A DNA stretch of 64,000 bases from a virus. Lineage: Duplodnaviria > Caudoviricetes. The notes below the pieces were generated by a model. The model had not been told where the DNA came from. It did not search any database and was given only the letters and a program-made list of their open reading frames with translations. Position numbers and translations under genes: made by a program. The stretch lies in the IMG/VR virus record IMGVR_UViG_3300025608_000006; one strand, given 5' to 3'. Shown here piece by piece: positions 8,158-17,064 of the stretch (position 1 is its first letter; each line of letters opens with the position of its first letter).

Positions 8158-9468
8158 ATGAGCACTAAAGATACAGCAAGTAAACTAAAAAACTTTACTC
8201 CAGATCCTGACATTACACCCGAAGCATTAGAAACAATGCGTGTAGAAGTTATGGATCGTATTATTACTGCACGTATTGGTTTGCTACTGCGTCATCCTTT
8301 CTTTGGCAATATGGCAACACGTTTAAAAATTATTGCTGCCGATGACTGGCTTCCTACTGCGGCTGTAGATGGTCGCAACCTATACTACAACACACAATTC
8401 TTTAATGCAATGAACAATAAAGAAATTGAGTTCGTTGTTGCACACGAAATCCTACACATGGTGTTTGATCACTTGGGACGTCGAGAAGATCGCAATCCTA
8501 TGATCTACAACATCAGCGCAGACTATATTGTAAACAATACACTTGTGCGTGATCGTATTGGTGCAATTCCGAGCATTGTTAGTTGCTACCAAGACTTTAA
8601 GTACGAAGGTTGGACTTCAGAAGAAGTATACGATGACGTATTTGAAGAGGCTAAAAAGAACGGTGAAGAATACTTAAAACAACTTGGCGAAATGTTAGAC
8701 GAACACCTTGACATGGATGAAGGTGACGAAGGCAGTTCAGATGGTGATGTAGACGAAGACGGCAACGGTAATGCTACAAGCAAAAGCAAGCCCAAGTACT
8801 CTAAAGAAGATATGAAGCAGATCAAGGATGAGATCAAAGAGAATATGATTAGTGCGGCACAGAGTGCTGGCGCTGGCAATGTTCCAGGTGCTGTACAGCG
8901 CATTATCAAAGAGCTTACTGAACCCAAGATGAACTGGCGTGAGATTATTCGCCAGTCTGTACAAAGCACAATTAGAAGCGATTATACATTTACTCGTCCG
9001 AGCCGCAAAGGTCAAATGAGCGGTGCTATATTGCCCAGCATGGACTTTGAAGATACCATTGATATTGCAGTTTGCATTGACATGAGTGGGTCAATTGGTG
9101 AAATACAAGGCAAAGACTTTTTAGGCGAAGTCAAAGGTATTATGGAAGAATTTCCAGACTACAACATTAAAGTATGGTGCTTTGACACAGATGTTTACAA
9201 CGAAGAAGACTTTGAAGCTAATGACGGTAAAGACCTGTTGGACTACCAGCTAATGGGCGGTGGCGGCACTGACTTTATGGCAAATTGGAAGTATATGAAA
9301 GAGCAGGATTATGTTCCTAAGAAGCTCATTATGTTTACAGACGGCTATGCTTGGGATAGCTGGGGCGACCCAGACTACTGCGATACAGTATTTCTTATCC
9401 ACAGCAACCGTGACAAGAATTTAGAAGGACCGTTTGGTACAACTGTACACTACGATGCAGCGGCATGA
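8158..9468 (+). CDS. Metallopeptidase-like (HExxH) plus VWA-domain protein, likely partner of the MoxR ATPase
   Basis: VVAHEILH; acidic linker; MIDAS IDMSGS, GGGTDF and MFTDG. Confidence 0.85.
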   Translation: MSTKDTASKLKNFTPDPDITPEALETMRVEVMDRIITARIGLLLRHPFFGNMATRLKIIAADDWLPTAAVDGRNLYYNTQFFNAMNNKEIEFVVAHEILHMVFDHLGRREDRNPMIYNISADYIVNNTLVRDRIGAIPSIVSCYQDFKYEGWTSEEVYDDVFEEAKKNGEEYLKQLGEMLDEHLDMDEGDEGSSDGDVDEDGNGNATSKSKPKYSKEDMKQIKDEIKENMISAAQSAGAGNVPGAVQRIIKELTEPKMNWREIIRQSVQSTIRSDYTFTRPSRKGQMSGAILPSMDFEDTIDIAVCIDMSGSIGEIQGKDFLGEVKGIMEEFPDYNIKVWCFDTDVYNEEDFEANDGKDLLDYQLMGGGGTDFMANWKYMKEQDYVPKKLIMFTDGYAWDSWGDPDYCDTVFLIHSNRDKNLEGPFGTTVHYDAAA

Positions 9469-9746
9469 TTAAGAATAAAAAGATAAATCCATTAAATGTA
9501 TTTGAAGTGAGGCAAGTAAAGTCTGCTCCGCCTCACTTTGAGTACGTTAATTTACCTATGAAATATAATTTAGAAGACAGTCTGATCAAATGGATCAAAC
9601 AACACCTAAAAAATAGATTTTATGTAGGCAAGAATGTATCACTTGACAGTGACAACAAATTAGCACAAGTACTAACTGTTGGATTTGAAGAGACAAAGGA
9701 CATGAGTTATTTCATGTTGGCTTGTCCACATTTAAAGTACAAATAA
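9465..9746 (+). CDS. Hypothetical protein, 93 aa
   Basis: ATGA overlap with the VWA gene. Confidence 0.7.
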   Translation: MIKNKKINPLNVFEVRQVKSAPPHFEYVNLPMKYNLEDSLIKWIKQHLKNRFYVGKNVSLDSDNKLAQVLTVGFEETKDMSYFMLACPHLKYK

Positions 9747-9783
9747 ATAAACTGCGCATATATAATATAACAAGGAGATAATT

Positions 9784-10017
9784 ATGAGCGAAGATACAAC
9801 CGTTGAAGCACAAGTTGCAGAAACACCTGAAACAAGTGAAGCACAAGGTCCTGATCTAACTGTACAAGATCTACAAGCACTAAAGAGCATTATTGATGTT
9901 GCAAGCCAACGTGGTGCATTTAAGCCAAATGAAATGATGACAGTTGGTCAAACCTATAGTAAATTAGAAGCATTTTTAGGTGCAGTTGCACAACAACAGC
10001 CTGCACAAGGAGCATAA
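9784..10017 (+). CDS. Hypothetical protein, 77 aa
   Basis: SD AAGGAG; contains ASQRGAFKPNEM. Confidence 0.75.
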   Translation: MSEDTTVEAQVAETPETSEAQGPDLTVQDLQALKSIIDVASQRGAFKPNEMMTVGQTYSKLEAFLGAVAQQQPAQGA

Positions 10018-10018
10018 T

Positions 10019-10642
10019 ATGTTAAAACACGTGGGCCGGATGGCTAATAATCAAAGACGAGTAATTGTTGCATACAAAGTACTTCCTGGTGATCCAGATC
10101 ATTGTGTTGTAGTAACGACAGAAAATTTAGAAGCAGGTGATCACGATGCACTTATTCAACTTGTCGAATCTCCCGCAGGACAAGAAGCAGATGACTTGGC
10201 AACTGTTATGATGCGTACACAACTATCCGATGGTAGTAACATGCTTGCACGTTTCCATACAACTGGTAAAATGGTTAAGGCAAAAACTTCTGAGATTGAA
10301 ATGATTCCTAATCAGAATACTTCTATTAAACTGAGCGAACTCAATGAAGTTATTGCACAACAAAAAGGCGTAACTGTTGCTGATTTGGCTGTTAAAGGCC
10401 CGGACGGACAAACAGTACAGCCTGCTAATGCAGAGCCTACAATTACTGCTGATCAAATGGCAGCAGAAATTGTACAACCTGTTGCAGAAGATGGAGTAAT
10501 TAGCGACGAAGCACTTGCTAAAAAATACCGTAGCGATGCAGATCGGTTAAGCAAAGAAGCTGCTGAACTGCGCAGACAGGCTGAAGAATTAGTCCCAACT
10601 AAAAAGAAAGCATCTACAAAGAAGACTTCGCAAAGTGCCTAA
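10019..10642 (+). CDS. Hypothetical protein, ~207 aa
   Basis: SD AAGGAG favours ATG at 10019 (MLKHVGRM); C-terminal coiled-coil/basic tail. Confidence 0.75.
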   Translation: MLKHVGRMANNQRRVIVAYKVLPGDPDHCVVVTTENLEAGDHDALIQLVESPAGQEADDLATVMMRTQLSDGSNMLARFHTTGKMVKAKTSEIEMIPNQNTSIKLSELNEVIAQQKGVTVADLAVKGPDGQTVQPANAEPTITADQMAAEIVQPVAEDGVISDEALAKKYRSDADRLSKEAAELRRQAEELVPTKKKASTKKTSQSA

Positions 10643-10943
10643 AAATAAACTTCCTGAAGAAGTAATCAAACATTGGCCTGAAATATTTAAAGATGTTGAA
10701 ATTACTGCAATACCGATAGAGTATATCAATAATATATACGTATACTTTCATGACGGTAAGGTTTGGCAAATAGATATGGATAGTCAATCTAACAACGATG
10801 TTTCCCCATTAGAGGAAAGCCTTGAAGCGTTTTTAGAACAATACAATGACGAAATTGAACATGTTGACTTTCGCTTACATACTTCTAAAATAGTAAAAGA
10901 TATTAAAAATCGAACCAAAAGTTTCATGAAGAAAAGGAAATAG
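10635..10943 (+). CDS. Hypothetical protein, 102 aa (GTG start)
   Basis: Overlaps upstream stop. Confidence 0.65.
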   Translation: MPKNKLPEEVIKHWPEIFKDVEITAIPIEYINNIYVYFHDGKVWQIDMDSQSNNDVSPLEESLEAFLEQYNDEIEHVDFRLHTSKIVKDIKNRTKSFMKKRK

Positions 10944-10966
10944 ATTTCAGGATATCTTTAAAAATG

Positions 10967-10974
10967 TATAAATA
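10967..10974 (+). promoter_or_regulatory. T4-type late promoter TATAAATA
   Basis: Perfect consensus 29 nt upstream of the tail-fibre ATG, with SD AGGAG between. Confidence 0.8.
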
Positions 10975-11003
10975 CTAATAATAGATATTCTAGGAGTATA
11001 TAC

Positions 11004-12212
11004 ATGGCATTACGTCTAAGACGCGGCACAGATGCAGAACGCTTGCAAATAACACCCGCACAGGGTGAATTAATCTACACCACTGATACTAAAGTTCTTT
11101 ATGTAGGAGACGGTAGTACAGTTGGCGGGACGCTCGTTACAGGCGGCGCTGGCAGCGGCTCCGCTACACTAGACGGGCTGATAGATACAGATCTTACCAA
11201 TGCAGAAAATGGTGATGCACTAGTATTTAATTCAGGAACCAATAGATGGGAAGCTGCCGAGATCCCTGGACTTTCAGACTTTGGCCTAGACGATTTAGAA
11301 GATGTGTTCATTGACATTAATACAAGAAACACAGGCGATTTTTTAGTACTCGATTCTGCTGGAAACTTTACCAATCAACCCTTAAGAGAAACCTTTGCAG
11401 AAGATGCAAACTGGCGAATTAATATTATCGGAGACGATAGTACAATTCTTGTTAATACAGACAATAATACACTAAGTGGTACATTAGTCGGAGATGTTTT
11501 AGGTGATGTTGATGGTGATGTTACGGGTAATTTAACTGGTGATGTTACGGGTAATTTAAATGGTGATGTTTTTGGGAATGTTTTTGGGAATGTTATCGGC
11601 GACCTTCAAGGTGATTTAAGTGGTAGTGTGTTTAGTGAAGACAGTTCACTAATAGTAGACGGTACAACCAATACTATTACTGCGGACTCAGTAAATACAA
11701 ATCTACTTAATAGTTCGATCAATACCCCGATTGTTTTGCAAAATGTTGATAGAACTCCAGTGCGGATTTCAGCAATTACAGATGGCAATCCCGGCGGCTT
11801 TCCTTATACAGAATATCTATCTATTAAAGGAACATTTTTAACTCCAGAATCAGTAGCTCCAGGCGATATAGTAGGTGGTTGGAAGATATCTGGTTATGAC
11901 GCTGCTGCCGGTATCGGTAAATCAACAACTATATTGGCTGCTCGCTTGATGGCTGATGCTGTGATAACTGACACAAGTCCCAATTCTCTTACATCTATGC
12001 TTGTTAGTGGCGGTGGTACTAATACTTCTAGTTTCGACTTTTATGGCAGTGGTCAGTTTAAATCACCAGGTGCCATTACTCCTGGAGTATATGCTGATGC
12101 TGCTGCACGTGATGCAGCTATTACAACTCCGACAGCAGGTATGATGGTATTTGTAACTGACATTGCTAAGTTCCAAGGTTACGACGGTAGCGCCTGGGTT
12201 AACTTAAACTAA
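11004..12212 (+). CDS. Tail fibre / receptor-binding-like virion protein
   Basis: N-terminal MALRLRRGT...GELIYTTDTKVLYVGDG (Mtd-N/hyaluronidase-N-like), G(D/N)(V/L)x repeats, C-terminal GMMVFVTD..FQGYDGSAW; late promoter. Confidence 0.75.
   Translation: MALRLRRGTDAERLQITPAQGELIYTTDTKVLYVGDGSTVGGTLVTGGAGSGSATLDGLIDTDLTNAENGDALVFNSGTNRWEAAEIPGLSDFGLDDLEDVFIDINTRNTGDFLVLDSAGNFTNQPLRETFAEDANWRINIIGDDSTILVNTDNNTLSGTLVGDVLGDVDGDVTGNLTGDVTGNLNGDVFGNVFGNVIGDLQGDLSGSVFSEDSSLIVDGTTNTITADSVNTNLLNSSINTPIVLQNVDRTPVRISAITDGNPGGFPYTEYLSIKGTFLTPESVAPGDIVGGWKISGYDAAAGIGKSTTILAARLMADAVITDTSPNSLTSMLVSGGGTNTSSFDFYGSGQFKSPGAITPGVYADAAARDAAITTPTAGMMVFVTDIAKFQGYDGSAWVNLN
11513..11594 (+). repeat. Tandem 24-bp and 12-bp coding repeats in the tail fibre
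   Basis: TGGTGATGTTACGGGTAATTTAA(C/A) x2 plus a partial copy, then GTTTTTGGGAAT x2; encodes GDVTGNLT GDVTGNLN GDVFGNVFGNV. Confidence 0.85.
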
Positions 12213-12231
12213 TAGCTTAAAATATTAAAAT

Positions 12232-12263
12232 AAAATGCCAGTTTTAGAGCTGGTATTTTTTTT
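12232..12263 (+). terminator. Rho-independent terminator after the tail fibre
   Basis: AAAATGCCAG...CTGGTATTTT stem followed by a T-run. Confidence 0.75.
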
Positions 12264-12281
12264 GACTGCATATATATTATT

Positions 12282-12929
12282 ATGTCATTAACTTTATTAA
12301 CTTCCGGAACAACAAAAGCACCCAAGACTGTTAATCATACTTGGAGAGATCTAAATACTGCTATAGATCGTAGTATTAAAGAAATAGGTCTTACAAGCAA
12401 CGACATAGTCTTAGACGTCTTTCCTGCTAATACTATTGCACACTATACCATAACTGCTATGCCTGCTTACAGGGCTAATGCAACGCTTGTAAGTGCTAAA
12501 TTTGAAGCTAATTATTATATTAAATTATTTAAAGAAACACAGCCTACTTACATTGCTCTCATTCCTAGACACTGGGAATTGCTTAAAGAAGTAGATAGCT
12601 GGAACAATCTCAATATGTCTAGTGTTCGTTACATGGTTACTGGAAGCGGACCAGTTCCTCAAGAAATGATAGACGACTTTAAAAGCAAAGGTGTGCAAAC
12701 TGTTGCTAATTGGTACGGGATGACAGAAATGCCGCCGCCGGTGTTTATAGGTTATAACTCTGAAGAATTTGATTTTGAACCAAAAGAAGGTTACGATGTA
12801 GACTTTTTAGACGACGGCGAATGTATTATTAATGGATTTGCTACAGGCGATATTTTTGATGTACAATCTAAAAAATTTTTAAAAAGAAAACTTAGTAATT
12901 CTATTAACAGTACATGGAAGAATATTTAA
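12282..12929 (+). CDS. Minimal ANL-superfamily adenylating (AMP-binding) enzyme
   Basis: LLTSGTTKAPK (A3 P-loop), VTGSGPVP, NWYGMTE (A5) and ATGD (A7), in only 215 aa. Confidence 0.75.
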   Translation: MSLTLLTSGTTKAPKTVNHTWRDLNTAIDRSIKEIGLTSNDIVLDVFPANTIAHYTITAMPAYRANATLVSAKFEANYYIKLFKETQPTYIALIPRHWELLKEVDSWNNLNMSSVRYMVTGSGPVPQEMIDDFKSKGVQTVANWYGMTEMPPPVFIGYNSEEFDFEPKEGYDVDFLDDGECIINGFATGDIFDVQSKKFLKRKLSNSINSTWKNI

Positions 12930-14440
12930 TTGTATATATTCTTCTTTAACCACTGATACGTATTCTCGCAACCTGCACTTATCTGCTGATGTTTGTTAAA
13001 TTCACTTATAAAATAATCATATGTGCGGTTAACGTTATCGTCATCAATATCAGTTCTGTTCCATGTAGACAAGTCTACACCCCATGCTTTAGCAACCTGT
13101 CCCCACAAGAAGTCAGGAAAGCCTGAGGACTGTCCGAATTTAAGTTGTTCAAATTTATCTTTAATCATTTCTAAGTGGTTGTCTTTGCGTCCTATCTCTT
13201 GCATATCTTTCCAAAAATCAGTATCATCTCTATTGCTAAGGGTGTAGTGAACAATAATAAAATCATAGATGTTATCTAATAGACCTGTGATTTTATCATT
13301 ATAACTCGATAATGATTTTTCTCCTGCAAGCACATCACTTATAGTTTTAATTGATTCTGTAACTACTAATAATGATGTAGCTTCTAAAGCTTCGACGAAT
13401 CCAATACTTAGACCAATTAATGCAACGTTACCTTTCGCAGGGGTTTCAATTCTGCCCGGGGTCCATGAAATTAATCTAGGTTCCATCATTCTGTTATCTG
13501 TGCGTTCTTTAAAATATTCTAATACTGCTTCATCTGATACATGCGATGGACTAAAACTATAACCAGTTCCCATCCTGTGATACAAGCATACTTTAAATCG
13601 CCAGCCAAACGGCTCAGCTATACTTTGAGTATGGTTAACAAGTTCAGTAGTAGGATCACCATAGGAACGCTGGCATACCCAAGTTTTCCTTATAGGATAG
13701 TCTGCATATTCTTTATACTTCCAACCTAATTTTGTTGCAAGCACACGCCTAAATCCTGTAGCATCGATAAAGAAGTCGGCAGACTGTGTAGTATCATCTG
13801 CTAGTATTAGAGATTTAATAGTATCTCCTTCTGCTACAACATCTTTAACTTCGCCTAACACATGTATTACACCGCTTGGTATTGCATGTTTGTCTTTGAT
13901 AAAGCTTGCTGCTTTTTCTGCGTTTATATGCTGGCTCCAACTATATAACGGACTTAGTGTATATTCGCCGGTTTTATACGGCATAACATTGTTGTTCATA
14001 TAATGATATTGTGTATTAAAATACTTGTCAAACTTATCTAGTTTTTCATTAGATAGAAGATGCATAAGAACATCAGATGTGCTGATCTTATCTTTCCCTA
14101 AAAACAATTCAGATACATCTGACTCGGCTGTATTTAATCTAGTAATATCTCTTGGATAGTTGAAACTCGAATATTCAATCTTATTTTCTTTTGAATTCCA
14201 ATCTACAAACTTGTTGCCGAATTTGTAGATTGCTCCTGTTTCCTTCATCCAAACTTTATCGTCAATGCCCAGCTGTTTAAAAAACTGTGCTACGTGAGGT
14301 GTAACAGTTTCTCCAACTCCTATCTTAGGTATGTTTGGAGATTCTATCAATGTAATTATTAAATTAGGATGATATTTTGCTAGCCATGCAGCAGCAAACC
14401 ATCCGGCGGTACCACCCCCTACAATCGTTACTTTTTTCAT
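12926..14440 (-). CDS. Flavin-dependent tryptophan-halogenase-family protein
   Basis: IVGGGTAGW FAD motif, IGVGET, AIYKFGNKF (catalytic Lys position), FFIDATGF, GFVEALEAT, DTDFW. Confidence 0.85.
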   Translation of the reverse strand: MKKVTIVGGGTAGWFAAAWLAKYHPNLIITLIESPNIPKIGVGETVTPHVAQFFKQLGIDDKVWMKETGAIYKFGNKFVDWNSKENKIEYSSFNYPRDITRLNTAESDVSELFLGKDKISTSDVLMHLLSNEKLDKFDKYFNTQYHYMNNNVMPYKTGEYTLSPLYSWSQHINAEKAASFIKDKHAIPSGVIHVLGEVKDVVAEGDTIKSLILADDTTQSADFFIDATGFRRVLATKLGWKYKEYADYPIRKTWVCQRSYGDPTTELVNHTQSIAEPFGWRFKVCLYHRMGTGYSFSPSHVSDEAVLEYFKERTDNRMMEPRLISWTPGRIETPAKGNVALIGLSIGFVEALEATSLLVVTESIKTISDVLAGEKSLSSYNDKITGLLDNIYDFIIVHYTLSNRDDTDFWKDMQEIGRKDNHLEMIKDKFEQLKFGQSSGFPDFLWGQVAKAWGVDLSTWNRTDIDDDNVNRTYDYFISEFNKHQQISAGCENTYQWLKKNIYN

Positions 14441-14901
14441 AAACGTCTTTTAAGTGTTGACATAGTTAATACTATTCTAGGCGGATTCGGAATAGTAACA
14501 CTATGGAAGTTAGCTACATTTAGTCGATGCCAACGTCCTACATCGATAGTATGTTCTTCGTAAATAGTATCATCTGTTTTATCTGTATGAAATCTAGTCA
14601 CGCCGTCGCCTGATTTAATAACGTAGTTAAACGCAACGTCTCTTACTTCAAGATTATCTATGTGTGGCGGAATGTGATCAGATAAAACAAAAATGTGTGC
14701 ATCGTGTTTAAAATTAAACAGACTGTTTGTAAATTCTTTTAGTTTATCACTAGCATTAATACTAGCAAAATGTTTATAGCTAGATGCTTCTGTATTGCCT
14801 TTTGAACTGTAACGTTCGCCAATTTCTACTGTGGTTAGAATATCGTCTACTAACTCGTCAGGAATAGTAGAAAGATGATCTAAATATTCTAGGTTATTCA
14901 T
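14437..14901 (-). CDS. 2OG-Fe(II) oxygenase-like protein
   Basis: IPPHID (HxD), NFHSV (distal His), PRIVL; start at MNNLEY overlaps the upstream stop. Confidence 0.6.
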   Translation of the reverse strand: MNNLEYLDHLSTIPDELVDDILTTVEIGERYSSKGNTEASSYKHFASINASDKLKEFTNSLFNFKHDAHIFVLSDHIPPHIDNLEVRDVAFNYVIKSGDGVTRFHTDKTDDTIYEEHTIDVGRWHRLNVANFHSVTIPNPPRIVLTMSTLKRRL

Positions 14902-15457
14902 ACACTGTGTCCAATTCAAATTTATCGTACTCAAAATCTCCAAAGACTCTTATACTCATTTGTGTACCTGTTGCATTAGGAAACCCGTGAGGAATACTAT
15001 CGTTAAAAAATACATTCTTTTCTTTAACTTGAACATCGTCTGGCATTGTCATAGGTACTTCTAATTTAGATGCTATAGTTAATGCTAAATTATAATCAAG
15101 ATTCGTAGGCGTAGACTCATTACTGTCAACATGTATAGGCAATGGCCCAGTTAAAATAAATGCGCGGATCATTCCTACTGTTTTAATAGGTAAAGATTCT
15201 ACTAAAGATTTTATATAAGGTATAGTTAAATCATCTCTCCACTTCCACTCTGAGTGCGAAATGCTTTTTGCTAGTTTAAAATCAGGAAATTCTGCAACGT
15301 CATTTGTACGTATCCAAATTGTATTCCAGGAAGTATTAGATTCATGATCTACTCCGCTATCCCATAACTCTTTTGGGATAGACTCTAATTCTTGTGTTAG
15401 CTGTTTAGTATCGACATCGATATTAACTGCTGCTGCTTTAATATTGTTCCAATCCAT
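14894..15457 (-). CDS. 2OG-Fe(II) oxygenase-like (Asp/Asn beta-hydroxylase-like) protein
   Basis: LPIHVD (HxD), FNDSIPHG, SIRVF; start set 5 nt after TAAATA. Confidence 0.65.
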   Translation of the reverse strand: MDWNNIKAAAVNIDVDTKQLTQELESIPKELWDSGVDHESNTSWNTIWIRTNDVAEFPDFKLAKSISHSEWKWRDDLTIPYIKSLVESLPIKTVGMIRAFILTGPLPIHVDSNESTPTNLDYNLALTIASKLEVPMTMPDDVQVKEKNVFFNDSIPHGFPNATGTQMSIRVFGDFEYDKFELDTVYE

Positions 15458-15500
15458 AACGATATTTATCATGTTAGTCTGGCATATAAATAGCATTATG
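15455..15500. promoter_or_regulatory. Divergent late promoters, each 5 nt before an ATG
   Basis: Minus: TAAATA (15468-15463), tcgtt, ATG (15457). Plus: TATAAATA (15485-15492), gcatt, ATG (15498). Confidence 0.75.
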
Positions 15501-16271
15501 AACTATATAGAAGATAAGTTACAACAGTTTCTTAACAGCACGTTAGTATCAGATGTTATGGTAACTAACAGCACTCTTAGTGATTATAATATAAGATATA
15601 ACAATCTAGACTATTTAAATGATACACTATTTGAAAAAGGGTCTATGATTCATGTTCCCAACTTTCAAGATTCTCCTAACAGAATATTTATAGGAGCGTA
15701 TTCAAGTATACGAGACGGTGGCTACATGCGATCTAATATTTTTATGGGAAGACATAGTGGACTAGGCAGACGTTGTACTGTTGCTGCTGGGATGCACAAT
15801 ATCACTGGCGTTAGTATTAATTCTGACACAATTATGGCAAAGAAGTCAAATTATTCTGACGACGAACTTGCTCGATTAAATATTAGAAGAGATCAAACTG
15901 ATGTAAAAGAAATGAATAGCAAGCCAGTAATTATAGGCAATGATGTTTTTCTCGGAGACAACATTATTATAATGCCAGGTGTTACTATTGGCACTGGAAG
16001 TGTTATTGCTGCTAATTCAGTTGTATCTCGAGATATTCCGCCGTATGTAGTTGCAGGAGGAACACCTTGTGTTCCTATTAGAGATAGATTTCCTGATGAT
16101 GTAAAAGAAATGCTACTAGATACTAAATGGTGGAATGCTAAATTAGACATCTTAAAATCTCTACCTGTTGATAATGTATTTCGTTTTGTTGATGAATTTA
16201 AAAAGACTAAAGATAATATCGGAGATCAAGTATGGGACTTAATACCTACGTTAGGATATACTCATGAATAA
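15498..16271 (+). CDS. Hexapeptide-repeat O-acetyltransferase (CatB/Vat-like)
   Basis: IIGNDVFLG, IMPGVTIGTGSVIAANSVVSRDIPPY, GTPC..IRDRF, KWWN. Confidence 0.85.
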   Translation: MNYIEDKLQQFLNSTLVSDVMVTNSTLSDYNIRYNNLDYLNDTLFEKGSMIHVPNFQDSPNRIFIGAYSSIRDGGYMRSNIFMGRHSGLGRRCTVAAGMHNITGVSINSDTIMAKKSNYSDDELARLNIRRDQTDVKEMNSKPVIIGNDVFLGDNIIIMPGVTIGTGSVIAANSVVSRDIPPYVVAGGTPCVPIRDRFPDDVKEMLLDTKWWNAKLDILKSLPVDNVFRFVDEFKKTKDNIGDQVWDLIPTLGYTHE

Positions 16272-17064
16272 TTGGATAGCTACTGTTGATTTAGATTTAA
16301 TGACTGCATCCGATAACGACTTATTAGAGTTAGTTAAGCTATGTGCCATTCATACTTGCGTTAAAATACCTAGTCAAAAGCTTACAATAGAACGAGAAGC
16401 TGAAATTGTAAAGTCTTTTCCTAACCCGTATGTGCTGTTTACACCTGATAGTCCAAACTTTGAGCGCAGTGCTCTAGACGCTGAAGGATATATAGGACTC
16501 GTGTCTGAAAATAGTATAGCAGGACACAAAGAAGAAATGTTATGGCACAACGAAAGTCCACATGCTAGATTGGGGTCTAGTGTTGCTTGGTTGTATGGCG
16601 AACAAGGTATGGAAGGCAGTACAACAGTATGGAATAATACTTTGCTTGCATATGCTGACTTAGACTCTGATACAAAAGAAAAAATAAAAGATTTAAAGTG
16701 TATAACGTTTGGCAATGTTAATCATAGCGTAGCACGAACAGACGAAAACTTTAAAAATAGATCTATATACAATAACGTTCCTACTCCGCTAATACAAACT
16801 AACTATGCAGGAAAAACAGGATTATTTTTAAGCTTGCATCAGTTTGAACGATTTGAAGGAATGACTAGAGAAGAAAGTTTAGAGATAGCAGAACCTTTAT
16901 TTGATTTTATCACACAAGACAAATATTGCTATACACATCAGTGGAAAGACGGTGATGTTTCACTAAGTGATCAATGGTTAGGAGTACATCGAAGACTGGA
17001 GTTTAGTAAAATGCAGGATAGAATTGTGCATCGAGCTACTTTTGATTATCCGGCTTTTGTATAA
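16264..17064 (+). CDS. TauD/TfdA-family 2OG dioxygenase
   Basis: WHNE (HxD/E), GSTTVW, HQWKDGDV..DQ..VHRR, HRAT. Confidence 0.8.
   Translation: MNNWIATVDLDLMTASDNDLLELVKLCAIHTCVKIPSQKLTIEREAEIVKSFPNPYVLFTPDSPNFERSALDAEGYIGLVSENSIAGHKEEMLWHNESPHARLGSSVAWLYGEQGMEGSTTVWNNTLLAYADLDSDTKEKIKDLKCITFGNVNHSVARTDENFKNRSIYNNVPTPLIQTNYAGKTGLFLSLHQFERFEGMTREESLEIAEPLFDFITQDKYCYTHQWKDGDVSLSDQWLGVHRRLEFSKMQDRIVHRATFDYPAFV

Noticed and set aside
11004-12212. Diversity-generating retroelement target (Mtd-like N-terminus)
   Set aside because: No reverse transcriptase or TR/VR repeat pair is in the window; the Mtd-N-like domain is only an attachment module.
15498-16271. Bona fide chloramphenicol-resistance gene
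   Set aside because: The hexapeptide fold is shared with sugar acetyltransferases, and context does not support a resistance call.
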